Shown in pieces: positions 46,650 to 59,080 of a DNA stretch of 64,000 nt. Source of the stretch: Ruditapes philippinarum (taxonomy: Eukaryota); contig NW_026867385.1 in NCBI RefSeq assembly GCF_026571515.1, positions 62,001 through 126,000 on the forward strand, read 5' to 3'. The translations under genes and the position numbers were made by a program. The notes beneath the pieces were generated by a model. It was not told the origin of the DNA. It did no database searches and saw nothing but the letters and a program-made list of their open reading frames with translations. The number at the start of each line of letters is the position of its first letter. Position 1 is the first letter of the stretch.

Positions 46650-49600
46650 GATCTACTTTGTACTAGATAGCCGGAAAAGAAGATAGGGACAGTATTTGTT
46701 ACCTCTGATTCTTTACGGGATAGAAATGTAAAGATCACAAAGAAATCCCGTTAATGTAATTTTTGATGTTCCCTATAATGCAAGCAGTTTTCAACACACT
46801 GGTGAAAACAACAACAACAACAAAAACTAACCTAAGAACATATAGCAGCAATTATTTGCATGCATTGGTGCACCGTCTGCACTTAAATAATAGGGCAATG
46901 AAAATATATGAAATGTATCAGTTTAATTAAAAGAAAACTCAAAGTCGAAATATATGTTGCATGTATTACTATTCTACTTCTTAAAGTATAATTTATGTAT
47001 TCCTCAAACAGGTCGTTTGGTGTTGTAATTTTTTTGTGAATGACAGCTCCAAAAATCGTTCTTGACCAGATCAACAAGACATTTGACCGTTTGACAATGG
47101 AAAATACCTTAATCCTTTATGAGTGTCTCTGCACTTGATGACGCGTTCTGCAACCAAGAATTATAATAATGTATATCTTTTAAACAGGACAACGGAGCTA
47201 TGTCTTAAAGTAAGCGGTTTATGTAAGTAGTAACAATGAAAATAAAAGTCTCTTGGAGGACATCAAAGTCATTGACTTATAGCATTTTATTCTAGATTAA
47301 TGATACGGTCGATAAGCAGAGTTTTCTCGTCTCCTCCAAATTTCCTATCACGACTAATTGTTGAATATATTTTGAAATGGCCTCTTTTCTGTATTCAAAA
47401 TAAAAAAAAAACGTGTTGCAATGAAAGATATACTGTCATGTGTTTTTCATATATCGCTTAAACTTTTAGGGTAGTTGCAAAGGTGACATCGTAGCTCCAT
47501 GTCATTCAACTTTTATATGTTTAGTTGTTGTTGTTGTTGTTGTTTTCAAATTGGTGTTTTAATGTGATACAGAAACTTCGAAAGACTGTTTCGACCTGAA
47601 AATCTAATTTTATGGTTACTTCATAATATTTTAAGGCACCGAAAAATTGATTTTTATATTGCTTTTGCTTCAATTGCTAGTCAAGTTACTTTGGTTTGTT
47701 AATAGCTTTTTCATTTACCATATTTAGATTGTGAATTCTGCTTAAGCATGTTCTAGTGCGAAATGAACGTCGGAAGGAACACTGACTATCAATTGAAAGG
47801 TTAAAGCTGCAATTTGCGTGCAAGCCACAAATTAAGCCAAAGTATTTCAAGAAAAACAAACTTGAGAAAAATGTACTAATAATCGAAGAAAAGAAAAATA
47901 TTCAAAACATATTCAAGATTCAAGTAATAATTTACATGTTTTGTGTGATTAATGACTGATTTGTATAATTTTGACCTCTTTTTGAATTTATATGTTAGCA
48001 ATGTGTAAATAACTTTCTTTGTCCACTTCACATTTTTTTCCTCTAAATACATTTTCAAAATCTTTATGAAAATTAGCATGAATCTGGATGCATGTTGCTT
48101 TAAGCATTTTCATAATTGTTGTTTTGGTTGACTTTTGGAGTTCAGATAAATGTTACAAAGCAAATCCAAACACTTCCTTATTGGTTATTTACATCCGTAG
48201 ATAATGTATTTTTAACGGTCGTAGTTCATTTTAACCTATATACATGTACCACAAAGGCTATAGATATAACCAAACATGACTTAAAAATTTCACCATTTTC
48301 GTGTTAAATGTTGAATTCTGCTTAAGCCGGTGCTAGGGGGCGTGGACGGTAACTTGCACTTTCCAGTACCGTCCATGAACAGGCTCAATCAAACCGAGCC
48401 TGCAGCATTTTCAATTTTGTTGTGTTTGACTTCTGTTTTTCTCTATTTTTTTGTGTCATCTCAAAAAGCGGAAAGCTTGCCGACTCCTTGAAGGTTATGT
48501 ATTCTGTATAATCATATATACCATCTTGGTATACTGATAATAGTATCTCATATATCACATACTTATAGGAATGTGGAATAAACAGGAATAAACGTTGGCT
48601 GCAATTTTGATGCCCAACCCCCACAACCACAAGTGACATACCATACATAGAAGGCTATGAACGTGTTTAGCCATGTAGTTTTAAAACTGCACACTAGTGG
48701 ATTAACGTGGAAAAAAAATGAAAAATGCATTTCTTTTTCGTCATAATAAAGTCAATGTCATTATAAAGTGATCAACAAAAGTATGTCATGGAATCATTTT
48801 CAAATTTATGATAAAAAAGATTTATCAAAAATACGAATATTCTTAACTATGTCATTATGACAGCCCTATATTTTGAATGTCTTTTTCGTTTTAATTGGAT
48901 TTGTTGTATTTTCTTACTAGCAATTAAGCAAATCGCAACAGTTGTATGACGTCAGTGATGATGATAGATAGGTGAGTTATAGACTGTCAAATGATTTTAT
49001 AATGATCAAATTATTTATGTTTTGGTTGCCACTTCTGGCAACTTGATATCCTTAAATATATTTTTTCCACAAAGATAGAATATCTTTTTGTTTATTACTT
49101 GCTCTATATCTTTAGATGTCTCTAATATATAGCATTTATAGACCTAAAAACATATACTGACGTCATTGCAATGATTTTGCTGCGTTTGTCTTGGCAAACT
49201 TGTTTGTCAGCAAGAATTCAGCTTCAATTTTCTATGTAGCAATACATATAAATTGAATTTCCTTTGTCTTATGCGTATTTAATTTGTTATACTTTCATTG
49301 AAATATATTTAAAAGAACTACTTGGTAAAAACTGTGCAGCGGCCGAAAAATATTTCCCCTAAATGCATTCGGATCACCTTGCCGATTACCCATGCTCATT
49401 TTGTAATAAACAAAGATTAAAGTAGTTTTTACAACATGACTTTTGATATTTATTGAACATCAATCGAAGCATCTCGGCTATTATCAATATCCGAAGTCTG
49501 ACGGAAATGGCCGAGATGATACGATTGATTGAATATCTGGAGGGAAATACGGTGTAAATCAAGAAAAAGATGTTTGGCAATTAGAATCAATTTCCAAAAA

Positions 49601-52600
49601 AAGCCACGATTGAATAAAATCTTAGATAACTTCATAAAAACTTCATTTATGCCAGTCATAATTTTAAGTTAGTAAACGCATAAAAATAAGCAACTATTTA
49701 ATGCACGTCATACATTCACACATTGTAAGATGATTATTGAACGATACATGTATATCAAAATAAAATAATGCAATATTTTCAGACAATAACATATCATTGA
49801 TTTATTTACATGGTAATTTTTTGTAGTTTCCGTTGCAGCAGCATGCTTCCAGATGAGTCAAAATATTTCAAGAAAATGAAACTTGAGAAAAAACGGCGAC
49901 ATGTTTAAAGTTTATAGAGTTTTATATCTGCCACAAAAATTATTAGATGAAATTTTAAAGAAAAATATTAACAAACAAAATTCTTGTTTGAAAAAGAAAT
50001 GGTATCATATTGCCTGAAAAGCAAATGGCACAAGCACGTAATTATTGTTAAACGGTTAAAACCCTACTGAAAATAGCGGCATAATATTTTGTTCCGGAAC
50101 ATTTTATTCTTTTTTTTTTTCGTAGACTATTAACGAGTGTTTAATAACAGACATTTTTCGAGAATCGATCATAAGGTTATGGAAATAATTTAACTGTTAA
50201 TTAATAAATTGTATAAGAAATATTTTATTAGATACAGCTTTTATACCCTTCAATTCAAGAATGATTTAATGGCATATAAATGTAAAGCACCATGTAATTA
50301 ATTTCAATAGTTCTGCAAAATCCATATCACAAGCTTAACAAATGTTTTAATATATCTTGGCAATACATCAGCCCGGGAGAAACATTTTTCGGGGGAAAAT
50401 TTCATTCATAAAGAATCAGCCGTATGACGTCAAGACAAATTTACCCACGCATTGTTGTGGCGGCTCTCGTATCGAAAAACGATGTTCATTTTATCTGTTG
50501 AACAGTGACGAATGTTGCAATGAAATAATGTGTGTGGTTTTTTATTTTTTTACCAATGGGAAACGAATAGGTTGTGCAGAAATAATAATTTGGTAATATT
50601 TGTTTTATATCAAAGTTTGTTATCTAATTGATGAAATGTATGTTACATCTACGGATCTCTTAACTTAAGATGGTTTCAAGAATAAATATGGTTTTCCTAT
50701 AAAAACATGGCTTGATTATTTAAAAACATTTAAAATCACTTTGTTGAAGAAAGATGTCTGCTTTTTCATTTTCTTAGACCGGCTTCATAACATCTAATCC
50801 CAACATCTTGAAATTCCATCTTTTTCAGTTTGCCCTTTGTTTTCTCGTTTAGGGAACATAGTATTTTTTCTTTTTGAGAGCATGCACAGCTTTTCATATA
50901 ATAGCAAGATGTTCCTTAATACACGTATGAACATATTTGCTGATGATATTTTAATTACACTCCGTTTTCATATTTTGATATTGACTTCTGCTCAGCCGGT
51001 GCTGGGGACGACAACTTGCATTAACTAATTCCGTTCAAGAAAAGAACTCAATAAAACTGAGCCTTGACGACCTTCCTATTCTGACTGTTTGAATCAAAGT
51101 GTATTTATAAAGCTATATCAAAAGTACAAAATGAAGTTTAATGGTTTCATGGCCTTCCCACACCAAACAACACACCTACTATGGTATTACATATTATAAA
51201 TCAGAAAATGCTGACTGGCAATTATTATTGAGAAGATATTAAAAATGTGAAGATTACCTACTTTTTATGACCTTTATTAAGTACGCAACGACAGTTATTA
51301 ATGGCGTGATTTGAAGAGGGGAATAGTCGGTAGGAATTAAGAAAACAAGATGTGTTATTTCCAAGAAATTTGGAAATTAAACTACCTAAAATCGATAACA
51401 TAGACGCGACTCCAGTGAAGCTGGTGGCGAGTAAACAAAATTGTCCCTAGTAAGCTCCGCTTCGATTGACGTCACAAGATTGACCGCATTTTGCCGATGC
51501 TGTCGTCTGCAAAAACAAACGCGAGATTCTGATTATTGAAGTGTTAGGGATAATTGTAATCTTGAACTTTTATGTTTTTACTAATGTAGCTTTTAGCAAG
51601 CACAATAAGTTCATGAAACAATTTGTTACCCGAATGCAAGAAAAGTGCACATATTCACGTGCCAATGTTAGTTTTTGTTGACTAAACCCATATTAATATA
51701 GTGTGTTTGCATGTTTTATGTTTGTCCATTACATTTAGCTTTTATGGTGTTTCAGTTTTATATGTATTCTTTATAAATATCTAATCTTTTAATAAAATAA
51801 ATTTGATACTTCTTTTGAAAAATGATGAAACTGAAAACCCTTATGTAAAGAAATCACCAGACAATATAATAGCAAAGAAAGGTTAAGCCTAAAATACCTT
51901 TGATTTCTGTTTAATTGTTACTGTTACTTATGCACTTCAATTATTGATCAACTTTTAATTTGATCGGTCAAACTTCAATTTACGAACTTTCCATTATCAA
52001 TCATAGAGGCATTAAAACGGCATTTTGCTGTTGGCCAGCCAACAGTATTAAGCCTGGTCACACTGCACTGATGAAGCTGGGTTGGCTCTTTGCCGGTGAA
52101 AAAGGCTTATTCTTATCATTATTGTTCCAAAAGGGTAAATGCTTTAATCTCTAAAATCGATAAAGAATTGTTTTAGAGCAAACGAACGTAAATAATTGGC
52201 ATAATTTAACTTAATTTAATATGCTTAACCGACCTTTCCACAATTACAGATTTACTTACAACTAAAATGTTTTACCGAACTCGAAGTAAATATATCCATT
52301 ATCTAAATTATCTTCAACAGAACAATTCTACAAATGCTAAAGGCTAACTTTAATACAGTAGTTTATCTCCTGTGTTTTTCCCCGTAAGCTTTAACGCTTT
52401 GTAAATTTCTCAGAAATATACCACGGCGACCAGAATTTAGTTCTTGTCTGCACAATAGCAACATTCAAAGAAGTACAATATGATCGATATTATGATGAAC
52501 AACAAACCAATAGCTCCGGTCAATGATACGCCACGAATGACGTCATACAGCTTGTTGTTGTCTCAGCTTTGAGAAATAACATTAGAATCTGCTTACAAGG

Positions 52601-55600
52601 CAAAGCTGACGTTCCGCGGGTTAGATATCAATAATCAATGTAATACATTATTAAAATGTTGCTGATGAAATAAAATACTTCAATACCATTATTTTTCTGT
52701 TTTATTTGACATTAGCATCCTTAAGAGTATTGAACTGTCCCGATAATACAATATTGTAACGCCCACAGCACAAGCTCTGTTTTAAGTTACAGTTACATAT
52801 TCCCGCAACTTTGAAATTTATTGGGTAAAATTAATTATCACTATAGGACTACATCATTCATACACATGCATACAATGAATTACCGACTCATATACATGTA
52901 CATTGAGGTACTTAAAGTTTTTTCTGTTCACTTAAATTTCAACAAATTTGGTCATTGATGCTTTCCAGCATCGGACATCATTAATCAGTACAAAACATTT
53001 TATTGTTTCCAACCTCACTACACCAACCTCACTACACTAACCACACGCACACGCGCGCGCGCACACACACACATTGACATTTTACAACACTACTTCATGA
53101 CGATGATTTTTTGTTGGTTTTCACGTTGTCAGTACATATACACTAAGATTTGGTGTCCCGACATAAAAGGTTTAAGGCATAAATACTATTTCTTCTTAGT
53201 GACACGTAAAAAAATGAAATGCTGTGCTTATTATTATAGAATCTTTGTGATCACATTGTAAATGTCTAAAATTGCGGTTTTGTAAAGAATTTTCTCACCA
53301 GTTATGAAAGGGTTTGCTCTATCTGTATTTTGGCTAGAATTATGTAAAAAGGTAAATCTCTTTGATGTTATTTATTAGTACAGTAAGAGCGATTTGAAAA
53401 TTACTACTCTAGATTTCTTTTGCAGGAATGGAAATATTTTTCGAGATAGTTTAGTCATTTGATAAAGTGCTAGACAAATATCTTCTGCGCAAAATTTCAT
53501 TCTACGCTCACTCCGTTGTTCCGTAATGATTATTTTAATTGTGTGAAAATTAAATGTCCAAAAAAATGAAAAGCGATTAAACTTTTTTAAAACTCAAAAC
53601 CGTTTAAGAATCACACAAGAAATACGATTTTCAATTTAATTTCTTTATTATCTTTTTCAGGAATTATCGTTTTTAGTGCACCCGTTGATCTCAGATATAA
53701 GAAGTTCAAATTCTATGATTATAGGCCTTTAGACCTCAAAGTGGTTCCTGAAACATCAAAAAATTTAAACTTCAGTTGACAAATACTCTAGTCATACGGC
53801 TGGGATGATTATACTGGTAGCCAACCCAGACTTATTGCAGCAATATTTGCAAATCTTAGGACCTCATCACCAAATATTTAGTAAAAAGAAAAGACTTCAA
53901 TAACTATAACATATGCTTTTCATTACAACAATTTATTTGATTGTCATTGCATAGTAACTGGACATGTACTTCAAATGTTTGAACCTTATAAGTATGAACA
54001 TTTATCAATCGGCGCCAAGTACTTTAAACAAGCTTTTTTAGGTGTAGAACCATTTTAGATCCGATACTTGAACATTAAAAATGCGACAGTGATCTGTAAA
54101 TAAATGTCATATGAAAGACTAATTTTTTCTACAACATAACAAAATCCTAAAAACCTATTATTTATGTATTTAAACATCCTTAACATGAACATTAAGCAAA
54201 ATTGCTGCTTTCTTTTCAAAAACAATAATGTCGCCTACTACCATTCAACGATTTTTATAAGACTTCACGTCATTGGCAATACGCATGAAAAATATTTACT
54301 ACTTTGTGTGTTTTTCTACTTTCAAAAAGAAACCTACGCGTACTGGTAGCTTATAAGCACTCAGATATTTATCTTTAAATCAAAAATTTTATATCGGCAC
54401 TGTGTGTGTTGGTATTAAAAATCGAAATTCATCGCAACGTATAAAACATAAACTATAATATGATATGGTAAAAGTGTGTTTGATGAAAAGGATGTGAAAA
54501 TATACAATGTGAAACAAAGTGTTAGAGCATAGTCCGAGATGGTTTCTAGGAACAGCCGAGCTTACTAAAGAAACTTGTCCAATACTATAACGTACATGAA
54601 TTTATCACCCACATATCAACGCAGGTCTAAAGTAATTGGAAAAAGGAAAATGAAGATATAGCTGTTATCATTGAAATAAAAATTAATACTCATCTGTTCC
54701 ACCATAAAATTAGTATGAGAAACAACCCCGTCAAAACAGTTGTCCACCATACAAGTCATCCAACATAGTCCATAAAACCCTTAGCCTCTCACTGTTCAAA
54801 CAATATAGTCAAAGTAAGTGATTGCAATAAGTAGATTCAGAGGACCAAACAACAAAAAGTAAAAATTAAACTATGAATAATGACTCATAGGCAATTAACG
54901 GAGCTGTCCAATTAAAAGCAGCTAGTCAGCAATCACAACTTCTCTCCATGGCACTAACTGAATCCACTCATTAAGGCAAACACTTTTAAGCCAATCAGGG
55001 CCAGGCGAAAGCATTGAACCTCAAATTTCACGCCTCAACCGCTTAACAAAACAAAAATAAACTTAAATTCGGTGATTTATTTCTTGCATGTGTATCTTCT
55101 ACAGGAAATAACTTATTATTTTGTAGTACACAGTGGGTTATGTATGTATTTTAAGTGCTGTACATGAATTCGAAAGCTATAAATAGCTAGATGAGCTTAA
55201 CATTGTGAAAGTCCGAATATCTATTTATAGAAGTAGTTTTAGTCTAAACAAAACGGTAATTCGTGTCGTTCTTTGATAATAAATTACAAACTTGAAATGA
55301 AATGCAAACATATCCAACAATAAATTGCACTCTTTATAAATTTATCAGGCCATTGTTCACGAATTGCTCCTATCTTTTTTACGATCCTTATTGCACTTCT
55401 GACATTCTCTATCGTGAATATTTTAATCGACCCTGATTTCTCGTGTTTTTTTTATTCTATTTTGTTTGAAGGCAATCAGTTGTATGGTGGTTTGAGTGGA
55501 ATGTTGATTTGTTGAATACTGTGACATTTTAATAACAGAAACTTTCGTCTGTAGTTTGAACTTGAGGTGTGATGCGTTTATAGGAATGTAAACACAGAGA

Positions 55601-58600
55601 TATTTGAAGCAATTCAACAAAATAGTAGATGGCTCTCCCAATTAATCAATTAACAATAGCTCTTTATTTAACACCAATGTCAAGTAGCTTTTATATCTTT
55701 GACTCCCAAGATCTTATATGAAAAAGTATTGATTTAAAATTGGACGAAAATTAAACAAATATATCAATAAAAATAAAACTAATATAAAAATAAAAACCAA
55801 TCATATATATTTGATGATCTATAACTAAAACATTGATATGCAGATTTTGTTTAAAATCACCATTCAAATGCATACATGTATGTTATGTACAACATATGCA
55901 GATTTTGTTAAAAGCATCTATTCGGGTGATTAGATGTATATTATGTACATCAATAGTATGATAAATTCATTATTTTTATACATGCAAACCCTTGGTGTAT
56001 TTAAAGCTATTTTGTCAACTTAGTATACTCTTCAGGCAGTTAAGAAGGAGATTACTAGATCATCGACTGTTCAAGTTGACATGACAATAGAATTGACGTA
56101 AATGCTAAATCGTATTACCTTGAGAATTTTATCTATATTCCACAACTTAATCAATAATTAGTCTAAAAACATGGAAATATGATCCTATGTGTTTTTTGGT
56201 AATAATCATTTTCTATATTTAATATGACGTTTAAAACTTGTTTTCAATATTTGTGTTGCTATGCAATGGAAATTGACCTTAACGAAACATCACAACCTTC
56301 AAAGGAACGTTAATAGTAAAAGATATGAAAATAGAAAACAAAATGAAAGAAATGTCAAAGATAAGAGAAGCCTGTACTTTTCTACAGTTTTCCTGATTTA
56401 TAGCTTTATTTGCTAAAATGATTAAATAGAAATTGCACAAAATGAATAAAATAAAAATAACAGAATGTAGCGGGAAGAAGAAAATAGGCGTTTAGTTTTT
56501 TACAAATCTATTTTAGTTAGATTATGTTGGAAGCTATAAGCTTATTGAAACACTCTCGAATCCGTTCCTGGAACCAACCAGTACTAAGCAATGGAATGTA
56601 AAGTTTCTTGCTCAAGGGGAAAAGATCTTAATATCAAACAGAAAAGTCTGGTTACAGTGAAGAGACTAAGTAAAGTTGCATCAAGATGCACAGACTGGGC
56701 CTGACTCTGCTGGTTACTTCGTTTACATGATAAGGTTGCATTAAATTCCCATTTTTGTGCGGTTCTTTAGCGTTTTTTTTAAATGGAAAGCCTAACATTC
56801 ATTGCACCAATCAAACCGAGAAAAAATGAAGATAATCATACTTTGCCTACTTTAGAATTCAGCTGAACGAATGAAATGTACTTCTCGATTGTGGCAAGCT
56901 GCGTCTTTGTAATAATTATTTTAATTGGTACTGCAATATTGAAAATATAATCATTAAGTCAAATTGATAAATGTTTGTATCATGCAAATGTCACATTCAT
57001 TTTCTGTTCCTGCAATTAAGAAACCTTCAACCTTAATGACACTATGTTCTCTTTTCGTAATATTTGAAACACTAGCTGGTTTTATTAAGTCACGTTTAAG
57101 TGTTCGTTTGGAATTATTGAAATATCGTCTGCTACAAGGATATGTCTATGACGTAGGTGTTGACATATCGGAGATTCCCGGCAATCATAATCAAGTCTGT
57201 AGTCTTTCAATCAGAAAGAAAAATGAATGTTTAGTTTCCGATAACAAAATGTTTAGAGTCTTATTCTTCATGAACTGGCTTGAAGCTTTTTTTGCATATG
57301 ATGCCTTTACGAAAAAAAATGTCCTTTTTTGCTTTTGCTTGTCTGTCCGTGGAATTGAGGTCTTTATTGAAAGTACACTGAATTATCTGAAGTAAACATA
57401 AAGATTTCATCTACAAATTTTTAAATATTTATTTCATGTGTTGATCGAAGTGAACTCCAAGAAAAATATGGTGAAGAATAAACAGACACGTTTGAAGACA
57501 GTAACATAAAAAGATAGGGTTATGGTTTAGACTTTCATGGTAAGGTCACAATCGAATATAACTCGTAATTTTAACAAATTATGCACGCAAAAAGTGCAAA
57601 TTAACTATAAATTATTACTTTGGAACGAAATTGAAAATTAAAATATATGTCATCAGTATATATATAATCTGATATTATCTTATTTAATCAGTCAACAATA
57701 ACATAAATCAATTTAAACATTTATTGGAGGTATATTAATGTTTGATACCAGTTACTTTTTCCATGTTTGCAGATTAGGACCTTTAAGAGTAGATACTTTG
57801 TTTTTCTCTCTCTGTTTTGAACTTGATGAATTATATTGCACAAACGCCACTGCAACAATCAATACACGTTAAAACCAAACAACAATGTTTCCAATCAGCG
57901 CAAAAGCACTGATGACGTCAGTCTACTTGTTTTTCGTAAGAATTCGAATCCCCCCCCCCCCCAAACACACACACTTGTTGTTGTTGTTGTTTTCGTTTTG
58001 TTTATAGAAAATGATGGTAATGCAATTACAAAGTTCAAAATCCTTCATATTCTCTTTCTGTTTACTTCCATGAATAATGGAAAAATTACACAAGGATCAG
58101 ATAATTATTATGTGGTTAAAAAGGCTTTCTATGATACAAAAAATATTCCTCTAAAAAGCGATGAATAATTTAGTACTTGTATTCATCTCATTATATTTTT
58201 TACTATTCTCAAAATGTCACGTATTAATTTTATAAAAAATAGAGATCTGATTATTCTTTTGAAAATGCATGATTGTCAATTTTACAAAACATTTAGCATG
58301 ATCTTGTAGTTTATTGTTGGCCTAAATTCAACATTTATTGAGAAGGCGTTTTATTTATTACAGTATGATGAGGCAAATATGTCACAATGTTATATACATT
58401 AAATATTTGATCATTCACCTGCCGAATTGAAAACAAAAATATTTGACCAGCTTCCATTTTTTAAACGGTCTATTATCTATTATGAAGATTATTACCTGAA
58501 AATTTATAAGTAGTCCCCAAACAAACAGTTAAGGCACTTCTTGTCCATCATTTGTGGCAAAATGTAATGTAACTGAAATGAATGCTTATGAGGTTGTTTA

Positions 58601-59080
58601 ATATTGAGCATTTAATATGAAATACTGCAGACAATTCCTGATTGTGTGTTTCATAATTTGCTACTGAGATTTCGGATTTTCTTCTTCTTCTTCCTGATTT
58701 TATGAAATTGAGAGATTTGATTTTGTATTAAAAGGCATGAACGTCAACTTAACAAAATGTTAAAATAGAATCCATAAAGAACGCCAAAAAAGCACATCGA
58801 AAATGTTGCAGGCTCGGTTTAATTGACCTTGTTCATTGACGGTACTGAAAAGTGCAAGCTACGGTCCACGTCCCTTAGCACCGGCTTAACATTGAACACA
58901 GAATGGTATTTTTTAATTAAGCATGATTTTGAAAGGGCAATGACTTGTTTATCTGGAGAAAGATAATTTCAAGATATATTAAGAATAAATTCAAGATATA
59001 TTGAAAATGTATGTCCCTGTTTACGGTATGGTGTGGTATAATTACTGCATGACTATCTTTGTATACCGGTATCTTGACCT
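46650..59080 (+). repeat. Large tandem segmental repeat, copy 2
   Basis: Colinear with copy 1 except for indels (47708-48717, 49980-51700 and 53445-53807 are absent from copy 1). Confidence 0.9.
49461..49527. mobile_element. 67-bp hairpin micro-MITE with 9-bp TSD
   Basis: Arms caatcgaagcatctcggctatt / aatggccgagatgatacgattg; flanked by ATTGAACAT / ATTGAATAT; empty site in copies 1 (about 37507) and 3 (about 60238). Confidence 0.75.

Larger units (their letters stand above)
34660..46650 (+). repeat. Large tandem segmental repeat, copy 1
   Basis: 35640-36690 matches 46685-47708; 36691-37700 matches 48717-49710 and 59510-60440; 38115-41100 matches 51705-55020; 41428-46630 matches 55023-59080. 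Confidence 0.9.

Noticed and set aside
50357-50596. ORF MAIHQPGRNIFRG... repeated at 61449
   Set aside because: TTG start and different ends; the similarity is explained by the segmental duplication.
56964-57395. 143-aa ORF in array copy 2
   Set aside because: Non-ATG start in the track, no recognisable domain, and the frame is broken in copy 1 (about 43990-44420). Caveat: copy-1 indels could be sequencing errors.
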